The translations under genes and the position numbers were made by a program. The notes below the pieces were generated by a model. It worked only from the letters and a program-made list of their open reading frames with translations. It had not been told where the DNA came from and ran no database searches. Positions 27,508-37,248 of a stretch of 64,000 bases of DNA are shown one piece after another; position 1 is the first letter of the stretch; each line of letters begins with the position of its first letter. The DNA is from Parcubacteria group bacterium Gr01-1014_3 (lineage in GTDB: Bacteria > Patescibacteriota > Minisyncoccia > UBA6257 > WO2-44-18), in contig VMGF01000002.1 of assembly GCA_007376445.1 (NCBI GenBank), positions 167,928 through 231,927 on the forward strand, in the 5' to 3' direction.

Positions 27508-28536
27508 TTAAACTAGGGTCGTATAACGGCCGTCCTCTAACCTCTTAAAGTGCTTCTTATTCTGGAGGTTGATGAGAATGGTGTTTTCCTTGAACAAACG
27601 ATCCTTCAAGACATGTCCCATGACTTCTTTCGGCTTAAGCGGACCGTGCTGTTTGATGAAGTGAGCGATGATCTCGCGGGCGGTGCCCGGAACGATACCG
27701 AACTCTTTCAAGCTATAAGTGCCTTTGCCAACCAAAACGAATTTGTCGTCCTTGATCAGTTCGTTGTGGATAGTTGGAGCGTGAACCGGAGTAGCCTTCA
27801 ACTCGCTGACTTTCTTAGCTAATTCATTGAAGTGCATCGGGCGCTGTTCTTTCTTCAAAACCAAGTAGGCCCAATCGCGGGCAGTCTTCGGATTGATCTC
27901 AGCGGCGGCGGACGGACCGACTTCGCCATAACGGTTAACCGCTACATGCTTAGAGATCGCCGCGTAACCCATCGCTACCGAGTCAGTTAAATTAGCCGCC
28001 TTGGCGGTAGAAGCAAAAACGGCGTTATATTCGCCTTTCTTAGAATTCCAGCCATTCAAAACCTTAGATACGAAACCTAAAGCTTTCTTCTGATCATCGG
28101 AACCAATGTGCCAATGAGCTCGGTGGTCATCGGTTTCTTTAGCGAACTTGAATGAACCGCAAACTTCCAGCAGGAATTTTACTTTATTAGAAAGAAGGGC
28201 AACCGGTTCTTTATCCGTGGCCAGAGAAACTAAATCGCCGGAAAGGAAATCCTCTCGGCGGCAATTACCCGCATTTTTTAAATTAGCCGAAACTGCGGAG
28301 ACAAAAGACGCCAAATCAACTGAAGCGGCTTTTGCCTTAACGGTTTTCAAAGCCAATGCCTCGATCTGACGGATACGCTCACGAGTCAAATTATATTTAG
28401 TGCCTAGTTCAGCGAGGGTTTTGGAGTCCGCGCTAGTTAGACCATAACGACCTTCTAAAACCTCTTTGTGGCGGACCGGAAGACCGACGAGAATCGCCTT
28501 TACGAATTGATTGATTTTATAATTCGGGCTGGACAT
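27508..28536 (-). CDS. DNA-binding protein with N-terminal sigma-70 region-4-like HTH and C-terminal HARE-HTH
   Basis: TLAELGTKYNLTRERIRQIEALAL (region 4.2-like); C-terminal MHFNELAKKV...FVLVGKGTYSLKEFG (HARE-HTH-like). Confidence 0.45.
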   Translation of the reverse strand: MSSPNYKINQFVKAILVGLPVRHKEVLEGRYGLTSADSKTLAELGTKYNLTRERIRQIEALALKTVKAKAASVDLASFVSAVSANLKNAGNCRREDFLSGDLVSLATDKEPVALLSNKVKFLLEVCGSFKFAKETDDHRAHWHIGSDDQKKALGFVSKVLNGWNSKKGEYNAVFASTAKAANLTDSVAMGYAAISKHVAVNRYGEVGPSAAAEINPKTARDWAYLVLKKEQRPMHFNELAKKVSELKATPVHAPTIHNELIKDDKFVLVGKGTYSLKEFGIVPGTAREIIAHFIKQHGPLKPKEVMGHVLKDRLFKENTILINLQNKKHFKRLEDGRYTTLV

Positions 28537-28622
28537 GTGTTTATATTTATATTGGTTTTACTCGGAAATTCTAACACATTTCAAAATATAGGTCAATAGG
28601 CTAACTGGCTGGTCAAAAACCC

Positions 28623-29543
28623 CTAAATTCTCTTGTTTTTTTGCCATAAAGTGAGAAGAGGGCTGGCAATAAAAATTGAAGAGTAAGTGCCGAAAACCGT
28701 ACCCACCAGTATCACCAAAATGAAATACTTAAGAGCCGCCGGACCGAGGAAAAATAGGGCTAAAAGCGTCAAAACTAGGGTCAGGGAGGTGTTGATCGAT
28801 CGGGCCATAGTTTCATTGACGCTCCGGTTAACTAGATTGTTAAAATCCTCGGAGGAACTACCAGATTTACCGGCAAACGAGATCCGTAAGTTTTCCCGGA
28901 TACGATCAAAGACCACGATCGTGTCGTGCACCGAAAAACCCATCACTACCAGGACCGCCACGATGAAATTAGTATCAACTTCGACGTTCAAGAAATAACC
29001 CAGCACCGCGAACATGCCCGCCGGGATCAGCGCGTCGTGGAACAGCGTCAAAAGAGTGATGATGCCATACTTCCAAGAACTCACCGGCTTCGAAACCTTG
29101 CGGAACGCGAATGCCACATAAAGAGAGATGCCGAGCAAGACTAAGCCAAAGGCGATCAGGGCTTTTTGACGGAGATCATTACCTACCGTCGGTCCGATGT
29201 TCTGAAACTGCATCTCCTCTACCTTTCCAAATTTCTTTTGCAGACCCTGGAGCGCAATCCCTTTTTGCTGTTCGGTGATATCTTTGGCGCGGATCAAAAA
29301 ACTTTGCCCATCCCCTCCCTGCGGCAAAACTATCGCGTCCGGAACATTGAACTGATTTATCAAAGACTCAACAAGCTCTTCTTTTACCACTGTATTTTCA
29401 CTGAATTTCAGTTCCCAGGCCACGCCACCGGCAAAATCAATTCCTGGCTTTAAACCAAAGAAAAGAATCGCCGCGATGCTTAGGGCGGTCATGGCGCCGG
29501 AGAAACCAAGGTAGATATATTTTTTGCCGATTACGTTCATCAT
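28623..29543 (-). CDS. secF: protein translocase subunit SecF
   Basis: Six TM helices; SecD/SecF family motifs; immediately downstream of secD. Confidence 0.85.
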   Translation of the reverse strand: MMNVIGKKYIYLGFSGAMTALSIAAILFFGLKPGIDFAGGVAWELKFSENTVVKEELVESLINQFNVPDAIVLPQGGDGQSFLIRAKDITEQQKGIALQGLQKKFGKVEEMQFQNIGPTVGNDLRQKALIAFGLVLLGISLYVAFAFRKVSKPVSSWKYGIITLLTLFHDALIPAGMFAVLGYFLNVEVDTNFIVAVLVVMGFSVHDTIVVFDRIRENLRISFAGKSGSSSEDFNNLVNRSVNETMARSINTSLTLVLTLLALFFLGPAALKYFILVILVGTVFGTYSSIFIASPLLTLWQKNKRI

Positions 29544-29544
29544 T

Positions 29545-30771
29545 TTATTTAGTAAGACTTCTTAAGATCGCGCGAGTGACCGTGATCGCGCTAAACATGC
29601 TCATCAACACACCCACCAATAAAGCCAGGGCAAAACCGCGGACGAAGCTTGAGGTGAAGTAATACAAGATTACCGAAGTGATAATAGTAGAAATATTGGA
29701 ATCACGGATCGAAGTCCAGGCTCGCTTGAAGCCCTCCTCTAAAGCGGCAGAAAACGGCGCGCCTTTTTTCACTTCCTCTTTAGTCCGAGCGAATACCAAA
29801 ATGTTGGCGTCCACGGCCATACCTATAGATAGGATGAAGCCGGCAATGCCCGAAAGGGTCATGGTGATGCCAACAAGCTTGAAGACCGCGAGTGTCAGTA
29901 TAATGTAAATCACTAAAGCCAGCGCGGAAAAGAGGCCGAGGCGACGGTAATAAAGGATCATAAATAGGATGATAGCGAGGGTGCCGATCATTCCAGCAAA
30001 GAGCGCTTTATTTAAAGAATCCAGGCCCAAAGAAGGACCGATGGTCTGCTGGCTGATGACTTTAACCGGCGCCGGCAAGGCTCCGGCATTCAGTAAGCTG
30101 ACAAGCTGCTGAGCTTCTTTGAAGGTGAACTGGCCGGAGATTTGCGCTTCGCCGCCAGCGATCTTTTCCTGAACGACCGGAATTGAAATAATATTACCGT
30201 CGAGTAAGATACCGATTGGCTTTCCGACTGAGCGGATGGTCATTTCTTCAAATAATCTTGATCCTTCTTTATCAAAGGAGATGGCGATCTGCGGCAGGCC
30301 GGTTTGCGGATTAGTGACCACCTGCGCGGTCTTGAGGTAACGTCCAGTCAACTTGGTTGGGAGAAACTCTACTTCACCTTCTTTAGCGGTAGACTTTACT
30401 TCACGGAACTCCAGCTGGGCCGTGCGGCCGATCTGATTGATGGCGGCCTGTACGTCTTTGATACCGGCAAGCTCCACCGTGATCTGATATGAATCGCCCT
30501 GTTTGGCCGTGGTCACGCGCGGTTCGCTGACGCCGAATACATTCACGCGCTTCTCCAACACATCGCGTAGACCATTCATGACCGAACTCCGGTCAGCCGC
30601 CGCCACAGAAGACATATCCACTTCATATACTAAGTAAGTGCCACCCACTAGATCCAAGCCGAGATTCCACGGCAAAACTTTCGAGCCAAGTCCTTTCGGA
30701 TAAATGAAAAATCCGGCCAGAACGGTCAGTACCAAAACAAAAAATAAAATCAGTTGAGCCTTTGATCGCAT
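29545..30771 (-). CDS. secD: protein translocase subunit SecD
   Basis: Periplasmic domain plus six-TM C-terminal domain. Adjacent to secF. Confidence 0.85.
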   Translation of the reverse strand: MRSKAQLILFFVLVLTVLAGFFIYPKGLGSKVLPWNLGLDLVGGTYLVYEVDMSSVAAADRSSVMNGLRDVLEKRVNVFGVSEPRVTTAKQGDSYQITVELAGIKDVQAAINQIGRTAQLEFREVKSTAKEGEVEFLPTKLTGRYLKTAQVVTNPQTGLPQIAISFDKEGSRLFEEMTIRSVGKPIGILLDGNIISIPVVQEKIAGGEAQISGQFTFKEAQQLVSLLNAGALPAPVKVISQQTIGPSLGLDSLNKALFAGMIGTLAIILFMILYYRRLGLFSALALVIYIILTLAVFKLVGITMTLSGIAGFILSIGMAVDANILVFARTKEEVKKGAPFSAALEEGFKRAWTSIRDSNISTIITSVILYYFTSSFVRGFALALLVGVLMSMFSAITVTRAILRSLTK

Positions 30772-31000
30772 AAGTTAAAAAGTGATTTTAAGTATAAACA
30801 ATTAAATAAAACTTTCAACCCCACGCCCCCCCCACAGGAACAAGGCTTTCGCTCCGCTCAAGCTCGAACACTTCCGCCGCACCCCGACCCCCGCTTAAGA
30901 CACCTTCGGTTTCTTACCCTCGTCCGCCATCCGCCAACTGGCGGAGGCGGACTCGGATCTTCCTGGTACGGGGTGCGGCTGGTTCGATTCCATGTAGCAA

Positions 31001-31037
31001 ATCAAAAACTGGCCTTAGGCCAGTTTTTGATTTGGTG
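31001..31037. terminator. perfect palindrome CAAATCAAAAACTGGCC-tta-GGCCAGTTTTTGATTTG (bidirectional terminator 3' of tRNA-Lys)
   Basis: 17-bp perfect stem with T/A runs. Confidence 0.65.
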
Positions 31038-31106
31038 CCCCCACATGGAATCGAACCATGGTCAACTGCTTAAAAGGCAGCTGCTCTACCATTGAGCTAT
31101 GGAGGC
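31033..31106 (-). tRNA. tRNA-Lys (UUU)
   Basis: GCCUCCA-UA-GCUC-AAUGGUA-GAGC ... CUGCC-UUUUAAG-GCAG ... GGTTCGATTCC. CCA encoded. Confidence 0.8.
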
Positions 31107-31179
31107 TTGATACGAAAAATATTAATACAAAAATTGAGTTTGGTAAAGAGAGCGTATATAATGTACCTAGCTATTTGAG

Positions 31180-31458
31180 GTGAAAATGACCAAACGAAAT
31201 AAGGTCAATCTAGAACCCCTTTTCCGAGTGAACTACCGAATGCGCGTGTATGATCCAACTCGTGAAGAGATGTCGGAAAGCGAACGGGAAGAAATTATCA
31301 ATGCCGCGACGCCGGAGCAGGCTCTCGAAAAAGCGAAAGAAAAACTGGAGATAATCGCCCAAAGAACCGAGCAGGATTTCGGAGCCTCGCTATATGAATT
31401 CACCAACTTTCTAGTAACAGCCATCTGCCCGCACTGTCGCGGAACTGGACTTGCTTAA
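31180..31458 (+). CDS. hypothetical small protein ending in a DnaJ-type CPHCRGTG zinc-finger motif
   Basis: ORF; C-terminal CxxCxGxG. Confidence 0.35.
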   Translation: MKMTKRNKVNLEPLFRVNYRMRVYDPTREEMSESEREEIINAATPEQALEKAKEKLEIIAQRTEQDFGASLYEFTNFLVTAICPHCRGTGLA

Positions 31459-31486
31459 ACGCCCCGATATATCGGGGCGTTTTCTT

Positions 31487-32590
31487 CTAAATCTCTTCCG
31501 CTAGCTCCTCCAACAGTTTCTTCGCCTTCGCGCTTAATTTTTTCGGAGTTTTCACGTGCCACTCTATATAAAGATCACCGCGGCCAAAACCGCCAAAGCG
31601 CTTCATGCCGCGTCCGGACACCCGAAGTTGTTCTTTCAAATTAAAATCCGCCGGAATTTCCACGTGAATCTTCTCGCCGGAAATATCCTGAACCTCGATC
31701 TTTTTTCCAAGCACCGCGTCCACGAAGCCAACTTCTTTTTTCAGCAACAAATCATCGCCATGGCGTTCAAAGTTCTTATCGGCTTTCACTTTAATACGAA
31801 TATATAAGTCGCCCTGCTCGGCGCCGCGCTCTCCCACTTCACCAGCCTTGGTAATCTTCATCATCTGGCCATCACCGACACCCGGAGTTATATCGATCTC
31901 AAGAGTCCTCTCGCCTATCGCGCGGCCAACGCCTTTGCAGGTTGAGCAGGTCTTGTTTGGGATCTGGCCGGTGCCGCTGCACTTGGCGCAGGCCCGGACT
32001 TGGGAAAAACTGCCGAAGAATGTATTCCGCGCTTCACGGATCTCTCCGCGGCCGTTGCAGGTGTCACAGGTAGTCGTGCCTTCCTTTGGGAAATGACCGA
32101 CGCCAGCGCATTCTTTACAAGCTATAAAAGTTTTAATGTGAACCGCCCGCTTCACTCCGGTAAACGCCTCTTCAAGAGTAATTTGTTGAACCACTTCAAG
32201 ATCCGCGCCCCGCTGATAAGTCTTTCGTTTCTTAACTCCCAAGCCCTCGAAGATCGCGTCAAAAACTTCGCTCATATTACCCATATCTTCAAAATTGGAC
32301 GGATCAAAGCCCGCGCCGAAATCAAAACCACCGAAAGGATTGCCAAATGGGCCGTCTCCTCCCGAGGAGGATCCGCCTCCGGCGGAAAAAACCCGGCCAA
32401 ACTGGTCGTACTGCGACCGTTTGTCTTTGTTGGAGAGCACCTGATAAGCCTCATTGATCTCTTTAAATTTCTGCTCATCGCCGTGAGATTTATCCGGATG
32501 ATACTGATGCGCCAGCTTGCGATAAGCTTTTTTAATATCTTCCTCAGTCGCTTCTTTCTCCACGCCTAAAATTTTGTAGTAGTCTTTCAT
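31487..32590 (-). CDS. dnaJ: molecular chaperone DnaJ
   Basis: J domain with HPD. G/F region. Four CxxCxGxG repeats. Carries the in-frame palindromic element in the G/F region. Confidence 0.9.
   Translation of the reverse strand: MKDYYKILGVEKEATEEDIKKAYRKLAHQYHPDKSHGDEQKFKEINEAYQVLSNKDKRSQYDQFGRVFSAGGGSSSGGDGPFGNPFGGFDFGAGFDPSNFEDMGNMSEVFDAIFEGLGVKKRKTYQRGADLEVVQQITLEEAFTGVKRAVHIKTFIACKECAGVGHFPKEGTTTCDTCNGRGEIREARNTFFGSFSQVRACAKCSGTGQIPNKTCSTCKGVGRAIGERTLEIDITPGVGDGQMMKITKAGEVGERGAEQGDLYIRIKVKADKNFERHGDDLLLKKEVGFVDAVLGKKIEVQDISGEKIHVEIPADFNLKEQLRVSGRGMKRFGGFGRGDLYIEWHVKTPKKLSAKAKKLLEELAEEI
32357..32391 (-). repeat. in-frame double-hairpin palindromic mini-element, copy 2
   Basis: TCCTCCcgaGGAGGATCCGCCtccGGCGGAAAAAA; sense strand encodes FSAGGGSSSGGD. 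Confidence 0.8.
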
Positions 32591-32694
32591 GTGTTTACAC
32601 TGTATAACACCAATCTACGAATTTTACACGAATGACACGAATATTTGTGGCATTAGTGTCCATTTGTGGATTTGTGTTTTGTTTATTACGGACT

Positions 32695-33621
32695 TTATAA
32701 ACTTATTACGTATTTCTCGACGCTTTGGGTTTGTATTTTGAAAAATCCTAGATTAAAAAGCGCCTGATAAAGCAGCCAGCCCAGGCCAAGCGCCAGCCAG
32801 TTCACGAAGATCAGTAGGAATTTTATCAACAAAAAGATTAGGAATCCGCCGAAGACCAGAAAAACCGTCCGTAGAATTGGCGGAAGATTAGATAGACGGC
32901 CGAGAGTTAAGTCGTAGAGAATGTCCGTGATCGTGTCGGCCGGACGGATCTTGAGTCCGGTAAAATTACCGATCACTTCCGCGACACGCTGGGCCGCTTC
33001 CTGCACAATCAACTGACGCGCGCCGGGAGCGATACTGTCGGCTTCTTTGGGTAAAAGCTTTAAAGAAATATCGGTCAGAGAATTTTCAATAGAAAACTTC
33101 GGAATATAAGCCGAGGCGATAGGCTCGAGCGGACGGATTGCGATACCGATATGCTGCTTAGCCGCGGCGGGGTCTTCAAAATCCAAGATCGAAATAAAGG
33201 CCACGATCACGAAAATCGCGATGGCGGATGAAGCTCCCCTCAGAATCACCTGGCCGGTTTTGAAAAAACGGATCTCGAGATTATTTTTAACCTCCAGCCG
33301 TCCGTTATAGTAAGCGCTGATCAATAAAGCGATCGCGATAAGAATAGCCGCGAACATCACCAAGGAAAGCGAACCGCCGAGAAAAATGGTCATCGCCGCG
33401 ACCTGCGCCACGATCATGCCAGCGCTGATCAAAAAATTGTCCACTAAAAGGACCTGAATAACGAAAGCTGAAAGAAATAAAACGGAGGCGATGAACGTCC
33501 AAAATGCCGAGGAGAAACTGCCGATGCTTAATAAATTACCCGCGGCATAGCTGAAAATAAGGGCGAAGAAAGCCACTACCCCACCCAGAGAAATGATTTT
33601 TGTGATTACAGGTCGATTCAT
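32695..33621 (-). CDS. polytopic membrane protein of unknown function embedded in the dnaK operon
   Basis: About 7 TM helices; no conserved motif recognised. Confidence 0.45.
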   Translation of the reverse strand: MNRPVITKIISLGGVVAFFALIFSYAAGNLLSIGSFSSAFWTFIASVLFLSAFVIQVLLVDNFLISAGMIVAQVAAMTIFLGGSLSLVMFAAILIAIALLISAYYNGRLEVKNNLEIRFFKTGQVILRGASSAIAIFVIVAFISILDFEDPAAAKQHIGIAIRPLEPIASAYIPKFSIENSLTDISLKLLPKEADSIAPGARQLIVQEAAQRVAEVIGNFTGLKIRPADTITDILYDLTLGRLSNLPPILRTVFLVFGGFLIFLLIKFLLIFVNWLALGLGWLLYQALFNLGFFKIQTQSVEKYVISL

Positions 33622-33666
33622 CCTCTATCAAATGGCTATATAAATTAATTGTACCACAAGGCGGCC

Positions 33667-35541
33667 TTAAGCGGCCTTCGGGGGTTCTTGCTTACTATTC
33701 ATCGCCGACCCGATTTTTTGGATCTCAGCTGACAACTCCGAAACAGCCGCTTTAATTGCCTCGCTGTCCTGGCCATCTTTGACCGATTTTACTTTTTCGA
33801 TCTTGGCGGTGATAGCGTCTTGAATTTCTTTGGGAACTTTATCGCCCGCGTCTTTCAAGGATTTTTCGGAAACATAAACCAGCTGCTCGGCGTTGTTTTT
33901 TGACTCCACTAAATCTTTTTTCTTGCGGTCTTCATCGGCGTGCTTAGCCGCTTCGTTTTTTAATCGCTCGATCTCTTCCTTGGATAAATTCGTGGAAGCC
34001 TCGATGCGAACAGATTGCGTGCGGCCGGATGCTTTGTCTTTGGCAGAGACGCTCAAAATGCCGTTGGCATCAATATCAAAAGTAACTTCAACTTGCGGCG
34101 CGCCGCGCGGAGACGGAGGAATACCATCCAGAATAAATCTGGCTAAAGTTTTATTGTCGGAAGCCATCGAACGCTCACCCTGAAGAATATGGATCTCTAC
34201 TGAAGTTTGATTATCAGCCGCGGTTGAGAATACCTGACTCTTGGCAGTCGGAATGGTGGTATTTTTTTCGATCAGTTTGGTCATTACGCTTCCTAGGGTT
34301 TCAATACCAACCGAAAGCGGGGTAACATCGAGCAAAAGCACGTCTTTAACTTCACCTTCTGGTTTACGGCCTTCTTCTTTAGCCGACAGAATTTCTGCCT
34401 GAACCGCGGCGCCAATCGCCACTACTTCGTCCGGATTCACGCCGAGATGCGGCTCTTTGCCGAACATTTTTTTCACCGCTTCCTGTATCGCCGGCATACG
34501 AGTCTGCCCGCCAACCATAACGATCTCATTGATGTCAGAAATTTTAAATCCGGCGTCTTTCACCGTCTTTTGGGTAAGCTCGATCGAACGATCCAGCATA
34601 TCCTGAACCAAAGATTCCAATTTGGCGCGAGTCAGCTTCATCGCGAAGTGTTTCGGACCGGAAGCATCGGAGCTGATGTAAGGAATGCTGATCTCCGTCT
34701 CCAAGGACGCGGAAAGTTCATGTTTGGCGCGCTCAGCCGCCTCTTTCAGGCGCTGAACCGCGAGCATATCCTTACTGACATCAATACCCTCCTGTTTTTT
34801 GTACTCTGCGACTAAAAATTCATTTATCCGTTTATCAAAATCATCACCACCCAGGTGCGTATCGCCGCCAGTCGCGCGGACTTCGATAGTATTGTCGGCG
34901 ATCTCCAGTACGGATACATCAAAGGTACCGCCACCAAAATCATAAACGACGATCTTTTCATTCTTCGCTTTGTTTAAACCATAGGCCAACGCCGCCGCGG
35001 TCGGCTCGTTGATAATGCGATGTACTTTAAATCCAGCGATCTCACCGGCGTTTTTGGTGGCCTGACGCTGGCTGTCGTCAAAATATGCCGGCACAGTGAT
35101 CACGGCGCCATCGATCTTTTCACCAAGACGCGCCTCGGCGTCAGCTTTGAGTTTGGCAAGAACCATGGCGGAAATTTCTTCCGGCTTGTACCAGGTAGCC
35201 TGCCCTGAGACCCCCGAAGGGTCACCCATTTTCACATCCACGCCGCCGGTCGCGGATTCTTTGATGTCGTATGGCAGCCATTTCTTATCGCTCTGCACCT
35301 CCGCGTCGGAAAATTTGCGGCCGATCAGCCGCTTTACGGAATAAATAGTGTTCTTCGGATTTACGCCGCCCTGGCGTTTAGCCAAAAGCCCGGCAACACG
35401 TTCGTTGTTTTTAGTGATCGCCACGATCGAAGGCGTGGTGCGGTTGCCTTCGGAATTTTCTAAAATTCTCGGCGAACCAGCGTCCACTACCGCCACCGCG
35501 GAATTAGTTGTACCAAGATCAATACCAATTATTTTACTCAT
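33667..35541 (-). CDS. dnaK: molecular chaperone DnaK (Hsp70)
   Basis: [18 protein letters not shown] and VGGQTRMP Hsp70 signatures. Confidence 0.95.
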   Translation of the reverse strand: MSKIIGIDLGTTNSAVAVVDAGSPRILENSEGNRTTPSIVAITKNNERVAGLLAKRQGGVNPKNTIYSVKRLIGRKFSDAEVQSDKKWLPYDIKESATGGVDVKMGDPSGVSGQATWYKPEEISAMVLAKLKADAEARLGEKIDGAVITVPAYFDDSQRQATKNAGEIAGFKVHRIINEPTAAALAYGLNKAKNEKIVVYDFGGGTFDVSVLEIADNTIEVRATGGDTHLGGDDFDKRINEFLVAEYKKQEGIDVSKDMLAVQRLKEAAERAKHELSASLETEISIPYISSDASGPKHFAMKLTRAKLESLVQDMLDRSIELTQKTVKDAGFKISDINEIVMVGGQTRMPAIQEAVKKMFGKEPHLGVNPDEVVAIGAAVQAEILSAKEEGRKPEGEVKDVLLLDVTPLSVGIETLGSVMTKLIEKNTTIPTAKSQVFSTAADNQTSVEIHILQGERSMASDNKTLARFILDGIPPSPRGAPQVEVTFDIDANGILSVSAKDKASGRTQSVRIEASTNLSKEEIERLKNEAAKHADEDRKKKDLVESKNNAEQLVYVSEKSLKDAGDKVPKEIQDAITAKIEKVKSVKDGQDSEAIKAAVSELSAEIQKIGSAMNSKQEPPKAA

Positions 35542-35659
35542 GTGAAATTTATAATTTACAATTTTTAATTTTCATTCAATTTTCAATTTGTTAATTTTCA
35601 AGTTGTTTGTTTATTGGTACTTGTAAATTGATTGGAAATTGTTAATTGATAATTGAAAA

Positions 35660-36109
35660 TTATTTATTCTGACCTTTGCTTAATTTAATTCTTACTGGCT
35701 TTATAACCTTACCGTTCAGTATATACCCTTGTTCCAATACCTCGGCGATCGATCCTGGCGGATGATCGGATTCCATCTCGCCTACCGCTTCGTGAAAGGA
35801 TGGATCAAATGTTCCGCCAGCTTCCACTATCATCGCTTCCACTCCCTGACGCTTAAGCGTATCGGCGATCTGAGACCTTATCATATATATACCCTTATCC
35901 ACCGGTCCTTGTTTCTCCAGCGCCGCGATAGCCAGGTCAAAGTTATCCAATGAACCAACCAGGTCCTTAATAATAGAGATGTTGGCGAATTTAGCGAACT
36001 CTTCAAAACGTTTTTGCTCATCTTTCTGATAATTGATCAGATCAGCCTTGGCGCGCTTCCAGCCGTTGAGATATTCCTCTGTTAAATTTTCCGTCTTTTT
36101 ATCATCCAT
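35660..36109 (-). CDS. grpE: nucleotide exchange factor GrpE
   Basis: GrpE-like coiled-coil plus C-terminal beta domain (GTFDPSFHEAV). Confidence 0.85.
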   Translation of the reverse strand: MDDKKTENLTEEYLNGWKRAKADLINYQKDEQKRFEEFAKFANISIIKDLVGSLDNFDLAIAALEKQGPVDKGIYMIRSQIADTLKRQGVEAMIVEAGGTFDPSFHEAVGEMESDHPPGSIAEVLEQGYILNGKVIKPVRIKLSKGQNK

Positions 36110-36163
36110 CTTGGTGATATTATAGCTAAGTTTGTAAGGTCCGTAAAGTCGAAAGTCAGCTAG

Positions 36164-36198
36164 AAAGCTTTATAGACTTTATGAACTTTATAGACTTT
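36164..36198. repeat. shared upstream motif AAAGCTTTATAGACTTTA(T/A)GAACTTT (copy 1, grpE/corA-like divergent region)
   Basis: Near-identical copy at 40191-40223 upstream of recR. Confidence 0.55.
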
Positions 36199-36215
36199 CT
36201 ACTATAATTAAGTAT

Positions 36216-37121
36216 ATGTGGATAACGAAGGGTAAGGCTAACTGGATCGACATTTTGAAGCCGACCAAGGCCGATATTGATTTCCTTAAAAAACAACACA
36301 AGTTCCATCCGATCATTCTCGACGAACTTTTGCATCTCTCCGCCCGCTCCCGGGTTGAGTTTTATCAGAGCTATCTTTTTTTAACTTATCACCTGCCGAT
36401 ATACGACCAGGAACTCAAAACTTCCCGCCGGGCGGAAATTGACTTTCTAATCACTAAAGACGAGATCATCACCGTCCACTATGAGGACCTGGAGCCGATC
36501 AGCACGTTCATGCGGACGATCAGCAATCAGCCCGCCATCAAAACTCGCGCCTTCGAAAGTTCGGAACGCCTCGCGTATTACCTGATCCAGGAGATCATTC
36601 ACTTTTCGATGCGACAGCTCCGGCATGTTGAAGAAAACATCCGGTATATTTCACAGGAAATATTCAAACATAAGGAAGCCGAAATGCTGCAAAAAATTTC
36701 CTACGCGAAACGCGACATCTTGGATTATGGCGTCATCAGCTCTCCCCAGGAAATTCTTTTGAATTCCCTATTGGAAGTCGGCACGAAATTCTGGGGACCC
36801 GAGCATCGGATCTATCTTTCCGATCTAGTTGGCGATCACTACAAGGTTACCCAGCACCTGGAAAACTACCGCCAGGTCATCGAATCGCTCGAAACCACGA
36901 ATGGCCAGCTCTTGAACGCTAAAACCAACCACGTCATGCAGCGTTTCACCATCTTCGCGTTTTTGGCTTTTCCGATCTCTTTGTTCTTCTCGCTCCTCTC
37001 GGTAAGTTTTATTGGTAACTTCATCCTTGCCTCACCAACGCGCTTTTGGGCTATCTTTATCGGTGTCGGCGCCCTGATCATTTCGCTGGTATTATTCTTT
37101 AGGAAAAAAGGATGGCTATAA
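36216..37121 (+). CDS. CorA-like divalent cation transporter family protein (GMN motif replaced by GNF)
   Basis: Cytoplasmic N-terminal domain plus two C-terminal TM helices. Loop reads FIGNF rather than YGMNF. Confidence 0.5.
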   Translation: MWITKGKANWIDILKPTKADIDFLKKQHKFHPIILDELLHLSARSRVEFYQSYLFLTYHLPIYDQELKTSRRAEIDFLITKDEIITVHYEDLEPISTFMRTISNQPAIKTRAFESSERLAYYLIQEIIHFSMRQLRHVEENIRYISQEIFKHKEAEMLQKISYAKRDILDYGVISSPQEILLNSLLEVGTKFWGPEHRIYLSDLVGDHYKVTQHLENYRQVIESLETTNGQLLNAKTNHVMQRFTIFAFLAFPISLFFSLLSVSFIGNFILASPTRFWAIFIGVGALIISLVLFFRKKGWL

Positions 37122-37248
37122 CCGCTTCGCGGCAAATTCCAAATGACAAATTTCAATTATCAAATAAATTCCGGGTCGTCCAGAATTTCGATCATTGATA
37201 TTTGGAGCTTATTTGTAATTTGGCGCTTGGAATTTGGAATTTTTAATT

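Noticed and set aside
30780-31000. G-rich structured region between tRNA-Lys and secD considered as tmRNA, RNase P or SRP RNA
   Set aside because: No conserved motifs of those RNAs are present (no tag ORF or tRNA-like 3' end, no RNase P CR-I/CR-V, no SRP GGAA tetraloop context). Treated as the secD 5' UTR.
30920-31000. Possible second tRNA on the plus strand ending in GGTTCGATTCCATGT
   Set aside because: No acceptor or D-arm pairing can be built, and the T-stem has only 3 bp. Interpreted as a fragment.
36164-36198. CRISPR array
   Set aside because: The only direct repeats are 2-4 unit microsatellite-like or 13-nt tandems without spacers of CRISPR size. No cas genes are in the window.
36110-36215. 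CIRCE/HrcA operator upstream of grpE
   Set aside because: No TTAGCACTC-N9-GAGTGCTAA-like inverted repeat. The region contains only the AAAGTCTATAAAG direct repeats.
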